Assembly (NCBI GenBank): GCA_001949185.1
Contig: BDGG01000001.1
Coordinates: 9,058,464-9,122,463, forward strand
Source of the DNA: Ramazzottius varieornatus
Taxonomy: Eukaryota > Animalia > Tardigrada
DNA length: 64,000 bases
Reading direction: 5' to 3'
Below the pieces are notes generated by a model that saw nothing but the letters and a program-made list of their open reading frames with translations, was not told the origin of the DNA and ran no database searches. A program made the translations under genes and the position numbers. This document shows positions 14,756 to 26,979 of the stretch, piece by piece (positions within the stretch are counted from its first letter, which is position 1; every line of letters starts with the position of its first letter).

Positions 14756-16799
14756 TCAAAATTCCATTTTTTGGTCTTCGGCCCGATCTCGTTGGCGTTT
14801 CCAGCTGGCTTCCAGTCTTCGAACGAACGTCTCGAAGAGGATTATGCTTTCCTTGAGTGAAGTCTTCTTGGCTTCAACTTCAGGCGAGACTTTCTTGTTC
14901 TCTATCGCGTCGTCGGGAGTTGAAATGTCCATCTGATTCTTTGCTGCGTCGTAGGCCACATTGAGCTCGTGCTCCAGTTGCTTGACGGTGGGAACGTCGA
15001 AAGGATTGAAGGAGTCAGCAAAGTCCGGATTTATCGGCACACACACTCGACCTGAAATGTAGAGAATTTTTCTCATCGATAAGAAGATACAAGATAATTT
15101 GTCGGGGGAGGAATGCCGAATGCCTACCTGTTTTGGGATGGATGGAAAATGGGCTCTTGAGTAGATGGTTAAGGCCGTGAGAGACGTTGACATCCAGACG
15201 TGGGTAGCAGAACTGCACCTGCATCTCATCCAGCATGTTGCGGACTTTACGGTACTCTGGTGTCCCTTTCTTTTCCTGTACGAACTGTGTAACCTGCAAA
15301 CATCAGGACTGTTCGAAATCTTGTGTCAGGAAGAGGAAACAGAAATATTATGGCCAGCTCGTACCTCTTCGACCAGGCTATTCCATCGCTTTTCGCTGCC
15401 GTGAGTGTTGTCTATGGTCTTCTTCACTTTTGCGATCAGTGTCTCATCTTCCAACATGGACAGCAGCTTGGGTAGGCCTTTCTTCGACTCCATAATCTTC
15501 TGCTCCCGAACGAGGTGTCTGAGGAAGTAGGCTCGTACCAGGTTGAGGGCCTTCGCGACGGCGGCGTGCTCAGAGTCCTGAATCTGTACACGACGAGCTT
15601 TGCCCACGTTTCCTCCCTGAAAAAGAGACATCGGTACCCAGTTGGTCTATAGTTACGGAGAATACCAAAAGCAAACCCACCTTGATCATGGTCAAGTACT
15701 CGACGATGGCTGATCGCGCAGCTTGCTTCAAACTTCGAGCTTTCTTGTCGCATACCCAACAATGCACCCCGCGACGTCCGGAGAACACCCAAAAGATGTG
15801 CTGGAAACCAAAATCTTCTGCAACATTCAGACTAAAGTTATGATTTCGTAAGAGCATGCTGAGTGATAAAAGAACAGAGAAGTCCTGAAGAGTTTGCCGT
15901 GTGCGATAGACTGGCCTTTTGGCGCTAACTCTAGTTTCGCTGAAAGAGGCGCCTGACGTCACAGCACAGTTTCGCATCATCGACAGCTAATTATGCCCGG
16001 GCCGCGTCTAACCAGAAGCAAACTCGAGTCGGTCAACATTTGCGGTCAGCTGATATTGCTTATGCTACAATCAATTCACTTGATTTGCTAACTCGTCGCA
16101 GTTTCGAAATTCAGATTTCCTTTTCTTCAACTGTTCTTCCCAATTTCCGTTCATTTTCTTGCCCAGTATTCGTGTCGGTGTGTACCTGTTAAAACTCGAT
16201 GGATGATCTTGATGGCCAGGACCATTAGTGGCCAGCATTTGCCGCAGATATCTGCGCCGGAGCAGCACAGTCGCACTTCGTCGTAATCTGTCATGTCGAT
16301 ATCGAAGATGAGCTCTCTTTCCACCGGAACGATGGAAGGATTCAATCTGCAGAGGAATATCTGACAAGGTAAGTAGTCAGGCTCGCTGCAGACATAACAC
16401 CACCACGTACTTTGTGTCTGTGATGCGGGCAGAGTATATGGGTCCAATGTCGATCTTGAAGGGTATGACTCGTGGATCCTTCTGTCGCAGTCTTTCTTCC
16501 ATCTTGGCTTGATTGTCGAAGGACTGGTATCGCAGGTACACATCATCCTTCAGAGTTAAGCAAAACTCCCGCAAGCCGAAAAAGTTTCTGTCATTGATAT
16601 GGCCGTAGTTGAGCCAGCGGTAAAAGAGCTGGAAGGGGAAAAAGCGTTGGTAGTACAGCCGCAACAGCTCATCCAGCTCTTCGGGCTGGAACGATGCAGC
16701 TGCCTTTGCAGTAGCCTTGTCTGACACCTCGACGTTTGTCCTTCGCTCGGCTAACACAGATCCCGAACTCTCTACAACCACATTATAGGGTAAGTCCAT
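14756..16799 (-). CDS. PRIM1: DNA primase small (catalytic) subunit
   Basis: [100 protein letters not shown]. Confidence 0.96.
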
Positions 16800-17778
16800 C
16801 AGGTCAGTAAGGAAGTTTGAACAAACCTTCCACCTCCCCATCGTTCATCTTCTCTATGGATTTGTCCGAAGACAAAATGATTGATTGCTTAATTGACAAG
16901 ACGAAGTGGAGAAGGATCGAAGAAGTTTTGCTGCTGGTGCTATCGAAGTCCGAGAAAGCTTGGAACCATCCGCAGGTAAGCCATAAACTACTACGATCCT
17001 TAAGCTTTCGAACGAGAACACAGAAGCTGACGGACCACTGTCCAGCTGCCAGAAGGAAAGGGGAAGAGAAGAGGCCCGGAAAATGTGGATTGAGCGCGAA
17101 ATGTTGCTGGTGCTGTCGGTGTGACGTCATGGAGGCGGGTTTGCCTTGCCGTTGATTGGCCGCCCCATCTCTGACAGTACAGTACGCTGCGTTCGACTTC
17201 GTGCTTCAGACCGGAAGTTGGTGTGGAAGCTCCATAATCAACTCCCGGCTTCCGTATTTACCTACCTACTTCCATCGATACAGCTGGGCAAGTGTCGTAT
17301 CTGATGATAGTGAGTTGGTGTGCGTTTTGAGACGGCTGTTGTGGAGATTTGCAGCATCTAATAGGAACAGAGGCTTGAGTTGCTCGTTTCTCGACCCCTG
17401 GTTCGCAGACGAAGCTTTGGTGTATTTTCTTTTATTTAGGGTATTTCTTTTTGCAGGTACATGGTCTCGATGGCTAGACACTGCGACGGAGAACCAGCGA
17501 AGTCTACTCGATTGCAGCTTACGGCACGGTTATCACTCGAACATTATATGGGATTATGGCGTATCCCGCTGAACTAGCCGGAACTAGCCACCATACGTCG
17601 TACTCTGGAGGTTTGATGACGTGGCGATTAAGTACCGGTACACAATTTTCTGGGTACATTTGTTGATACAGTAGAGATGTGGTATGCTTTATTAAGACTC
17701 GTGAAGTTGTTTATCGTATGGAATATCAATGATGCCGGTCTACGTAGCGCAAAGCTTATTGAAAGATGTATTGTCTTT

Positions 17779-20445
17779 CTAGGTGACGTGGTCGGTTGCT
17801 GTGCGTTGTCGCCGAAGATGCCGATCGTTGTACTGGGGACGAGCCAAAAAGACTAGTCTCTGCCAAGGAGAACAAGACGAGGATTGTTCGGGGAAAGGGT
17901 GAAATTGACGGTAAGTCAGTAGGCTAATGGAACGAAACGCACCTCTTTGAGAGAGCCTTTGGTAGTGAAGAGCTTTATGAGGATATAGCCAGGGACACAA
18001 AGCATTGAGGCCAGGGCCATCATCCATCCTGACGACATGGAAAACCTTGGGTATAAAACAAAAGAGTGGTAAGGTAGAAACACCTTACCTAGTCCTTCCG
18101 ACCATGCCGGAAATACGTAGTTAATGTCACTGTATTCCATGGGAGCCCAGGTGGCTAAGCTGAAGAAGAAAATGCCAGCACAAACTACTGGTGAGATATA
18201 CTTCCAGCACCATTTGCACCAAGGGTTGATTCGGTATCCCAGCATCTTCTCGATATCGTCGTAAAATCGATCAGCTCCTGCTCAAAAGACATCTGGATAC
18301 AGTGTTGTCAACCTTTCGAAGGCTGACCCTGGCTTTTTCTCCATCGGGCGGGGTATCTGAAGACACTGTACGTACCGTAAACATAGGCGACAGCTACGCA
18401 TTCGAAGAAGCAGAACCACAAGAGGGTGGCTCCCGATGCCGAATAGTTGTCGAATAATTGGAAGACAAACATCCCCCCCTATCAAACTATACATGGGGAC
18501 CCGTACACAGATGAATGGAGGTACCATAGAAGAAGAAGCGATACTGACATTAGTGACCATGAGCAGTCCAATCAGAAAGTAACTGAAGCAGACAGCGGCA
18601 ATGAAGCTTTCCCGAATATATTTCTGGCGAAGCTTGGGGTAAATGTCGCTGATGGCTGTCACAAAGCCTTCCACCCCAACAAACTCAGAGTCGATCCCCA
18701 GAACGACCAGCATGGCGAAGAATAGTATAGCCCTGCAATTATTGTAAAATGCCAAATGACTTTAGGAAGAAGGAAGTCAGAGGTTGTTTGTACCAGAGTG
18801 GAGCGAGAGGCATTTGCGCGATAGCTTTAGGATAGACGATGAAAGTCAGGCCGGGTCCGTCAAGAGCCAGGTCCCTCACATCAACGCCCTGTTCGTGGGC
18901 CATAAAGCCCAGTACGGAGAAGATAACAAAACCCGCGAAGAAGCTGGTCAGTGAATTGACCGAGCATAAAATTAGGCAGTCTCTATAAACATCCCGATTA
19001 GCTTTGATGGAAGTTGCAACTTGGCAGGAGAGCGGTGAAACTGACCGGTAGCAGTTGTGGTGGAAGCGATTGTAGGAGCCCATAGCCACAATGGTGCTAG
19101 TACAAATGGCGTAAGAGAAGAAGATTTGCGTACCGGCATCCATCCAGACTTTACTGTCAGCCAAGCGGGAAAAGTCAGGGTAGACATAGTAGAGGATGCC
19201 ATCGGCGGCTCCCGGTAAGGTCACTCCGCGAATAAAGAGGATGAAGAGCATGATGTAGGGCGCAGTGGCCGTCACGTAGACGACGCGGCTGCTGGACTTG
19301 GTGCCTTTCCAGATGATGAAGTAGCACAAGACCCAAGATAGCAACAAGCACAAGGCCAACTCCCAAATGACCCCGCCAATATCGTCGATGCCCGACGACA
19401 ACTTTAGCGCTCGGTTGCTTGAAAGAAAGCATCCTTGGTTAAATGATCTTAGAAAGCTGCCTTGGCTGGGACGTACCGCCAAAACTCGGCAGCCGAATCA
19501 ACCTTGCCTACGGCCATCGAGGTGCCATTCAGATTAGGAATAAAGTTGACCAGTGTTTGCGAGTTGTTGAGGTTGGATGTGGCCAGCAGCATGGAGCGAT
19601 TGTCACTGTGCTTTTCTCGCCCAGTGACACAACTAAAATAATAATCATCATGGTTATTGTCAGCAGTGAGGGATGGATGGGCTGAAGCGTATACTTGTCG
19701 GTGTTCCAGTAGTTGCCGCAAGTACTCCACGGTAGGACCGAGCTGAAGGACATGAAGAGGTAGAAGAAGACCCAGGCCAGGATGATGATGTAGTAAATGT
19801 TCAGCAGGGTGACGATGACCACCGTCCCATAGCCAATCCCTACGTCAAAACACCCTCTCAGACCTTTCTCCCCTCGTCAAGGATCATGAGGAACTGCCAA
19901 ACGACCTAGACCATCTTTCCCAACCTTTGAACATGGGTATCATCTTCCACACTGTCAGTGTCCCTTCGCTCATAAACTGTCCCATGGCCACTTCCAGAAA
20001 GAAGACTGGAATACCGGCCAAGAAGGAGCACAGGAAGAAAGGGATTAAAAAAGCACCTGCAGACGAAGGATTTTCGGCTACTACCCTGCTATACTGTACT
20101 TCATCAGGTATGATTTTAAGGGAGGCTTACCACCGCCATTCTTGTATGCCAAGGTGGGGAAGCGCCAGACGTTGCCAAATCCTGCAGTTAATCACATTAT
20201 CCATATTGGTTCCTCTTTTTTCTCCAAGCGAACATTGGCTTACCGACTGCGTATCCCAGACAGGCCATTAGAAAGTCCCACTTGTTGGGCCATGATTCGC
20301 GCTCGTAGTCGCTGGCAGCGGGTGATGGCGGTGAAGGCGCGCTGACCGTTATACCTTCACTGGGCACGCTGCGCATGACAAGCTCTCCCCTCCTGTTTTC
20401 ACTTCCATCACCATGTCCCACTACTGTCCCGTTGTTACGGGACAT
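17779..20445 (-). CDS. SLC6 Na+/Cl- dependent transporter (GABA/taurine/creatine subfamily-like)
   Basis: [75 protein letters not shown]. Multi-exon. Confidence 0.93.
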
Positions 20446-21757
20446 TTTATAGACGACAAAACTCAGCAAGATTGAGCACGAAGTGGGACAAGGCTAGAAG
20501 AGGAAATAATGGGCTATAAAGCCCTAAATTTGAGCGCCTACTGATTGATGGCTCTTCCACGGTTTTCGGGACTTTACAATGCTGCTTCATGAGATGAAAC
20601 TGATGGCATCTTGCAGTGCAAGGAAGGCACAGAGAGAGACCGGCATATTACTTGTGTCTGGTCAAACGCATCGGAAAGATAGGACAACATACGTCGCTCG
20701 TGTTGGTGGAACAATTAGAGCGACTTTGGAGGGATATCCAGCAATGTTACCCATGCAGTCCACTGGGCTGTGCCAATCTCCTTCTTGCCTCACATACTTT
20801 CGGCAATTTATTCTAAAGACTTTGTGCCAGCAAGCGTGAGGAAAATTGTCCATATTGCGTGTAGGCGAAATGTGGAACGTGGCCGAATAGGGGCACGCTC
20901 CGCAGCGGTCCCGTAACAGCAAGCTGTATGGTAGGCAAGGTGTCTTGTGGGAAGACCCGCAAGTGTTGCCGGAAGTTGGGCAGTTGGTTGGGAATAAGGG
21001 AGGTCCGTTGTCGATGATGGCTACTGGCAGGAAAGGTCAGCGATGGTACTGCTTACACTTCGCCGACTCTTTATTGCTTCCTTTTACTGTTGACAAAAGC
21101 CAGGGTGTAGATACTTCCGCTTGGCCAGCTCTAGTCTTCATCAATTTTCCATTGGAGGTAATCGAGCATAAAAGTGATACCCCAACTGTCATAACTTCCC
21201 TACCACACTGCAAGCCCGTTCGTTGGTGGGACTGCATGGGACGTGTACATAGAGCATGGAAATTAGCCAACAGTTTGGTTCTTCATCCAAGCCGTTGGAC
21301 TTGCTCAATGGCGGACAAAGCGCGTCAAGGTAGAAAGGGATGGCCAGCTGCCATCGCATGACCAGCGCCACCCTCTGCATTTTCAGCTACTGAATGTACT
21401 GCGTTGTATCAGGGTCGGTCGAGTACTCCACCGACCCGGTTATATGGTCAAGATGGTTGAAATCAACCCTCCAACAGCTGCTCATGATGACGTTGCATGC
21501 CAGGTTAGCCGTGGTGTAGAGGGATTTCTTGAGGGATCAGCGGAAGAATGTGGAAGGATGGTTTCACGTCACGCTTCGGGGGATGGTTTCGTCACCATGC
21601 CGACGTGGCCTCCAATGTTGCACGCTACTTTTGGAGCTTTACTTGAATAGCGCTTCCCACTGCCTGCTTGTACTTTGAATGTTCTGGACGATAAGTTGGC
21701 TAGTTGGATGAATGTATAAGGGCTGCTCTTTAGCTCCCCGCCAATAATGGGCGAATT

Positions 21758-24700
21758 ATGCCCGATAACAGATGGCTGCAGGTCTGGACCGCACCTATCC
21801 TATATATCGTTTTGTTAGTGGCTGGGCAGGATGATCGACTGGTGGTCAAGGTGGCCTTGTTGTTGATGCACGACGACCTACAAGAGGCACCGGATATGTA
21901 TCTCCGCCCTGTTCTAAGGGCTGCCGCTGATGCCATCCTCGACAATTATGGCATCGACATGCAATTCATGTTTGACTTTCCCATGATGACGGCCTGTGCC
22001 AACAGCAGTGGCTCGCCCGCTGTCTCCCGTACATTCATCCAGGTCTTTGAATACTACCAGCAGCAGGCTGACGTTGTAATCGGGCCGTACTGTACCGCCA
22101 AGCTGCCACCTTCCGGTATCGCTACTTCCGCTCTGAATATTCTACAGGCAAGTCCAGACTGTCTCATCAGTGAGGAAAGAAAGGCTTGACATCAGGCTAG
22201 TTATAACCTTGTAGGTGACGGGTGGCTGCCACAGTGTGCTGGACATTTCCTCATACACCTACTTGACCAGAACGGGCTACGCCAAGATGAACCAGTTTGG
22301 CCTGATCAAGTACATGCTGGAGAAGTACCGGTGGAAAACGCTGATGGTCTTCTACCAGAAGGACTCGCCTGACCGCCTGGCCGACTACCAAGCCTTTGCG
22401 GCTCGTGACGCCGAAGACACCAACTTTGCCGGCACCTACCTTGCCATCACCTCCGCTGATCTCACCACATCGGTACGACTTTAGACTATTGTATCCCTTT
22501 TCCTTTTATTCTATATAACTATCTACACCTGTCACCTGATAAATTCATGTTTGCTTTCAGAAAATTGGAGATGTGTTAACGACGGTGGGACAGAGTGCTC
22601 GTGGTAAAGCAAGAAGTTTCCTGCTTTGGGTTGTCAATGGGGGCTATTAGGGTTCTTTCTTTGGTTGTAGTGGTCGTCCTGTTGATGGATAACGCCATCG
22701 TTCGGCGCATCATGATCGAAGCGGCCAAGATGGGCATGGTCGGTGGCGATTATGTCTACTTTGCCGTCGATGTCCTGGGCGCGGAGATTACCCGCAATAA
22801 CGCGACCAATGGATGGCGCGATGAGGCCGATACGGCGGACAACAACGACTTGGCCAAGAAGGCCTACGCTAGTCTGCTTGTCGTCAGCCTACGCGATCGC
22901 TCCCAGAACCCTGACTATCAAAAGAACATCGCTTCCATCTTCGTCAAAGCCAAAGACCCGTCGCTCTATGGCGGTAAGTGATACAAGAATTTGGAGCTCG
23001 ACCATCTAACTCGACAAGAACGTTTTTTTCCAGTGGCGCAGCCTTCCAGTACTGTTGGCTGGGAGGGCGCGCCACTTGGGGGGAGAATTAGACTCGACCA
23101 GATTTCCAAAATGGCGCACGTTTCCACAGTTTGAAGGTTGAAGCGTGCGCCGCTTGTTTGCCGAGCTGCCGGTCATCTTCATTAATTTTAGTCTCGAATG
23201 CTAAATCAACGTTCAAAATTTGGCTGTTGCGTGCTTAGTTTTGCGCTTTGTAGGTAGTGGTCCGTATCAGTTGCCGTATTCAGCCGAGAGCTTTTACAAT
23301 AGCCTGGTCTTTGTGGCGGACGTCGTCACCAGGATGGACGGCCAGCAGAAAGACATCAACGCCCGCAACATTACGCAGGTGACGTCCAACTATTACATTA
23401 ACGGCCCCGACGACTGGATCATCACTGGTGGCCTTTGCGGCGACTTCGCAATTGACACCCACACGGGAGATGTCGAGGAAAGCTACCAACTGTACGCCAT
23501 GACTGACAAAGGCGCTGGCTACTTTGCGGTATGGCCTGCTGTCCTGCTGCAGACCTTAGTCGACCTTACCGTGTCTCCTTGTTATTAGGGCTTGTTGGTA
23601 TCGGGAGGTGCCGACTCGAGGCTGAACGTGACTACCATCAACCCTTCCTTCACCTGGACCTCCTCGGATGGCTCCTTTCCACCCAACGAACCAGCTTGTG
23701 ACTATACGGGCGATAATTCCGCCTGCGCTGCTGAAGGTAGTGACTTCCCTTTCTTTAGTATACTGTAGTATCTCGAATACACCATATAATATTGTATGGT
23801 ACATATGGAACTAGGCAAACAAACTCGATCAAGATCATTTTTTTCGAGCGACGCACTCTTTCAGCCAATAACACGGCCAACGTGCGCCGATTGGGAAAAA
23901 GATCTTGTCGCCTTTGTTCGGCCGGCTGCCAGATACGGCATATACTGTTCTTGTTGTTGGTTATAGCCAGCGGACAAATTGCCGGAATTGTGTCTTCCCT
24001 CCTTTCGTTGGCTTTGGTAGCTTCGTTAGCTTTGGCTTACCGGCACTGGAAGCGGATGAACGAGCTGGAGCCAGGCTGGGTCGTCCCCTTTAGCGAGCTG
24101 AAAGTGACGGACCCCGATGTTCAGTTGAGCAAGACAGCAGCGGCACCAGACGCTAAACCATCTAGAGAGGCTGAACAAGACGGCTCCCAGTGGAATGTCC
24201 CACAGGACACCAGCCACGAATGCATGCTGGGTGACTTGCCCACTCTGACCAGCCCCAGTTTGGGTCTGTGCAGGAAGCAGTCGGTAACTGTTCGGTGGAT
24301 GAAGAAGAAGCGCGTGCAAGCATCAGCCAAGATGGCGCAGGAAGTCAAGGCCCTGGGCAAAATGGCCAATGACCATCTGGCCAAGTTGCTGGCTGGCTGT
24401 CTGGACAGCGGTAGGATCCTCCTCATCTATGAGAATTGCTCACGAGGAAGTTTGGAGGTACGGATCGATATGCCAATCTTCTTTCCTTCGACCTAGAATT
24501 ATTACGCAGACTGATCATTCTTTCCTTCTGCAGGAATCGGTCAATGATGTAACGTCCAAGTTTGAATGGCCACTGCGCTTCTCTTACATGCAGGATATCG
24601 TTCGAGCTCTTCATTACATTCACAGCAGCCCGGTAAGGCCATATTTAGATGGTTGTCATACACAGCGTCGGGTCACAGCGTGGTACTCAAGTATGCATAT

Positions 24701-26728
24701 GCGTGAAAGGCGTAAATCACTTCTTTCATCCTCCTGCATATTGTCGGGCGGCTTGATGACGTTGATTTAGGGTATGCAGGCGAATGACACAAGCGTGTAC
24801 TTGGTTGACTGGGTTGGCATTACAGGTGCGTGTCCATGGGCGGCTGTCTTCCGCCTGTTGCTTCATCGATTCGCGCTTCACGTTGAAAGTCAGCGACGTC
24901 GGTCTGTCATCCTTCTTGGACCTAAACTTGGCCGAGTACTGGGTGACTAAACGCCGTGTAGACTTTTACTACCGCCAATTCTGGACAGCTCCCGAGCTGC
25001 TGAAGTCTCAGGAAGCTTTGTGGGACCAGGTTGTTATCTGCAGCCAACGCCAATGCGACATCTACAGCTTTGGCATCATCATGCAAGAGATCATTCTGCA
25101 CGCGTAAGTCTTTCCCAACACTAAACGGCAGTGCTTCTTCATTGTCTTTCTTCTTCAATGTAGACCGCCTTATTCCATGTACGACGACACTTTCACCGAC
25201 CAACGTGAGTAATATTGAAATCGTCTCTGTCCCATTATGCTTGCCAAGTATGCATGTGTCTTGATGTGGTCAAAATGATATTGTGCATTTAGGTAGGCAT
25301 TTATCAGAAAATCGTGGAAGAGCCAGTTCCAGGTCAGCCTCCTTTTCGGCCTTTATTGGAGGAGACGGCGGCGCATGAGGACATCATCAAGCTGTGTGAA
25401 AAGTGTTGGGCTCAACAGCCGGCTGATCGGCCTACCTTCAACCAAGTTCGCGTCGTTATGCGCGACGTCATCAAGAACCTGTAAGCTTGGCCATGTTTTC
25501 CACTGCTCACTGAGCTTTGTACTTCCGACTTTGCTGACTGTACTATGTGTTTCTTGTAGAGGAATGGGTGACAAGCTGAACATTATGGAAAGCTTGATTG
25601 CGCAGATGGAGGAGCACACGGCCTATCTGCAGGCGGTCATTGAGGAGAAGGACATGCTCATTGCCGCCGAGAGGCAACGTTCAGATTTTCTCCTTTACAG
25701 CAACCTTCCATCGTAAGTAGCCACCAACAGTGCTACTTCAATGAAGACCACCACCCCGGTCAAGTGGCGCGCTTTTTCCCTGTAATTGGCTGCAAGAGTG
25801 CGCCACTTGGGAAAGTGTGTTCTTGTCGAGCCTGTCTGCCCAGCTGCCAAACAACTCTGGATAAGTTGACTTGTTGACAGGAGCGTGCAGACAGCGCTAA
25901 GCGAAGGTTCGAGCCTGGCTCCAGTCTACCTGGAAGTGTGTTCAGTGCTGATGGTCGACTGCCTCAACTTCCTGGCGGTGATAGCCGGCAGCTCGGCCAG
26001 CGAAGGCGCTGCCTTTCTCAACTTCCTCCACCAGCACTACGCTGGCATGGCTATGGCTTTTGACTGTTGCATCATCGAGTCCTTGTCGCAACGCTTGACG
26101 GTGGCTTCGGGCTTACCAGCTCGCAACGGCATCCTCCATGCTCGCGAGCTCAGTCGCCTAGCCTTGACCATCCTCTTTACTTCTCACCTTTTACCTATCC
26201 CATATCGGCCTGATGAAGTGCTGCAGCTTAGTCTAGCTCTTCACTCGGGCCCCTCAGTCTTTGGTTTGGTGGGAAAACGCTTACCACGCTTCGGTCTCTT
26301 TGGCGAGACCATCAACATCACCAAACGTTTACTGGGCGCCACCAAAGGTATAGACTAATCATCTGTGACCCAATGCAGCAGTGATAGCTAGCTTGTTCTT
26401 CTTTTGATAGCGGGCAGCATAAGGCTGAGTGCTGTGACGAGGAGTATCATTGAAGCTTTTGGCACTTTCCGCGTCTTGGAAAGCCAGGAGATGTTTGTCA
26501 AAGGCAAAGGCCGCTGCAAGACTTTCACCCTCCTTGGCGAAGGCGGTACGTACTACATGGTACTTGTCTGACAAGTTACCTTCTTGTCATGCTATCATCA
26601 AGCCGACGCATGGTTAAGGCTGACTGGTAGCGCCTTCCTGTCCTGTAGGTAATCCGCAGATGATGGAACTAGAAGCTGCCTTTCGTATCCTCAACCCCCA
26701 GGCCCATCTCCACCGTCAAAGTCAGTAA
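21758..26728 (+). CDS. Receptor (membrane) guanylyl cyclase-like protein with degenerate catalytic domain
   Basis: Signal peptide, ANF-receptor-like ectodomain (ADVVIGPYC), TM helix (IAGIVSSLLSLALVASLALAY), kinase-homology domain (VHGRLSSACCFIDSRFTLKVSDVGL, WTAPELL, DIYSFGIIMQEI), hinge, and cyclase domain (SGLPARNG..HAREL, LHSGP, PRFGLFGETIN, VKGKG). About 15 exons. Confidence 0.9.
23030..23156. repeat. Intronic dyad element, 2 tandem units
   Basis: ccagtggcgcag(23030)-25 nt-gcgcgccacttg and aaaatggcgcac(23108)-25 nt-gtgcgccgcttg, preceded by actcgacaag. Confidence 0.85.
23845..23893. repeat. Intronic dyad element, single unit
   Basis: cgagcgacgcac-tctttcagccaataacacggccaac (25 nt)-gtgcgccgattg, flanked by actcgatcaagatc...gatcttgtcg. 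Confidence 0.8.
25761..25809. repeat. Intronic dyad element, single unit
   Basis: caagtggcgcgc-25 nt-gtgcgccacttg followed by gggaaa...tcttgtcgag. Confidence 0.85.
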
Positions 26729-26979
26729 TCTTTCCCTCCCAAAACTTTTCTCTTCGTCATGTTTGTGTGTGCGTCCACTTTCAGTATCTTTTGTACTAAA
26801 TCAAACAGACTATTATCTTTCCTCTTCTTCAAAGAAATGCAGCTGGAGTATTCTAGTTGGCTTGTGTTGTCAAAAGTAACGATAGCAAAATCTTTCCATC
26901 AAAGTTGGGAAAGTACGAGAGGCATCTATCCCTATAGATTGAGAAAATGGAGGTTGCGTGTGGTTTTCGACGGTTATCT

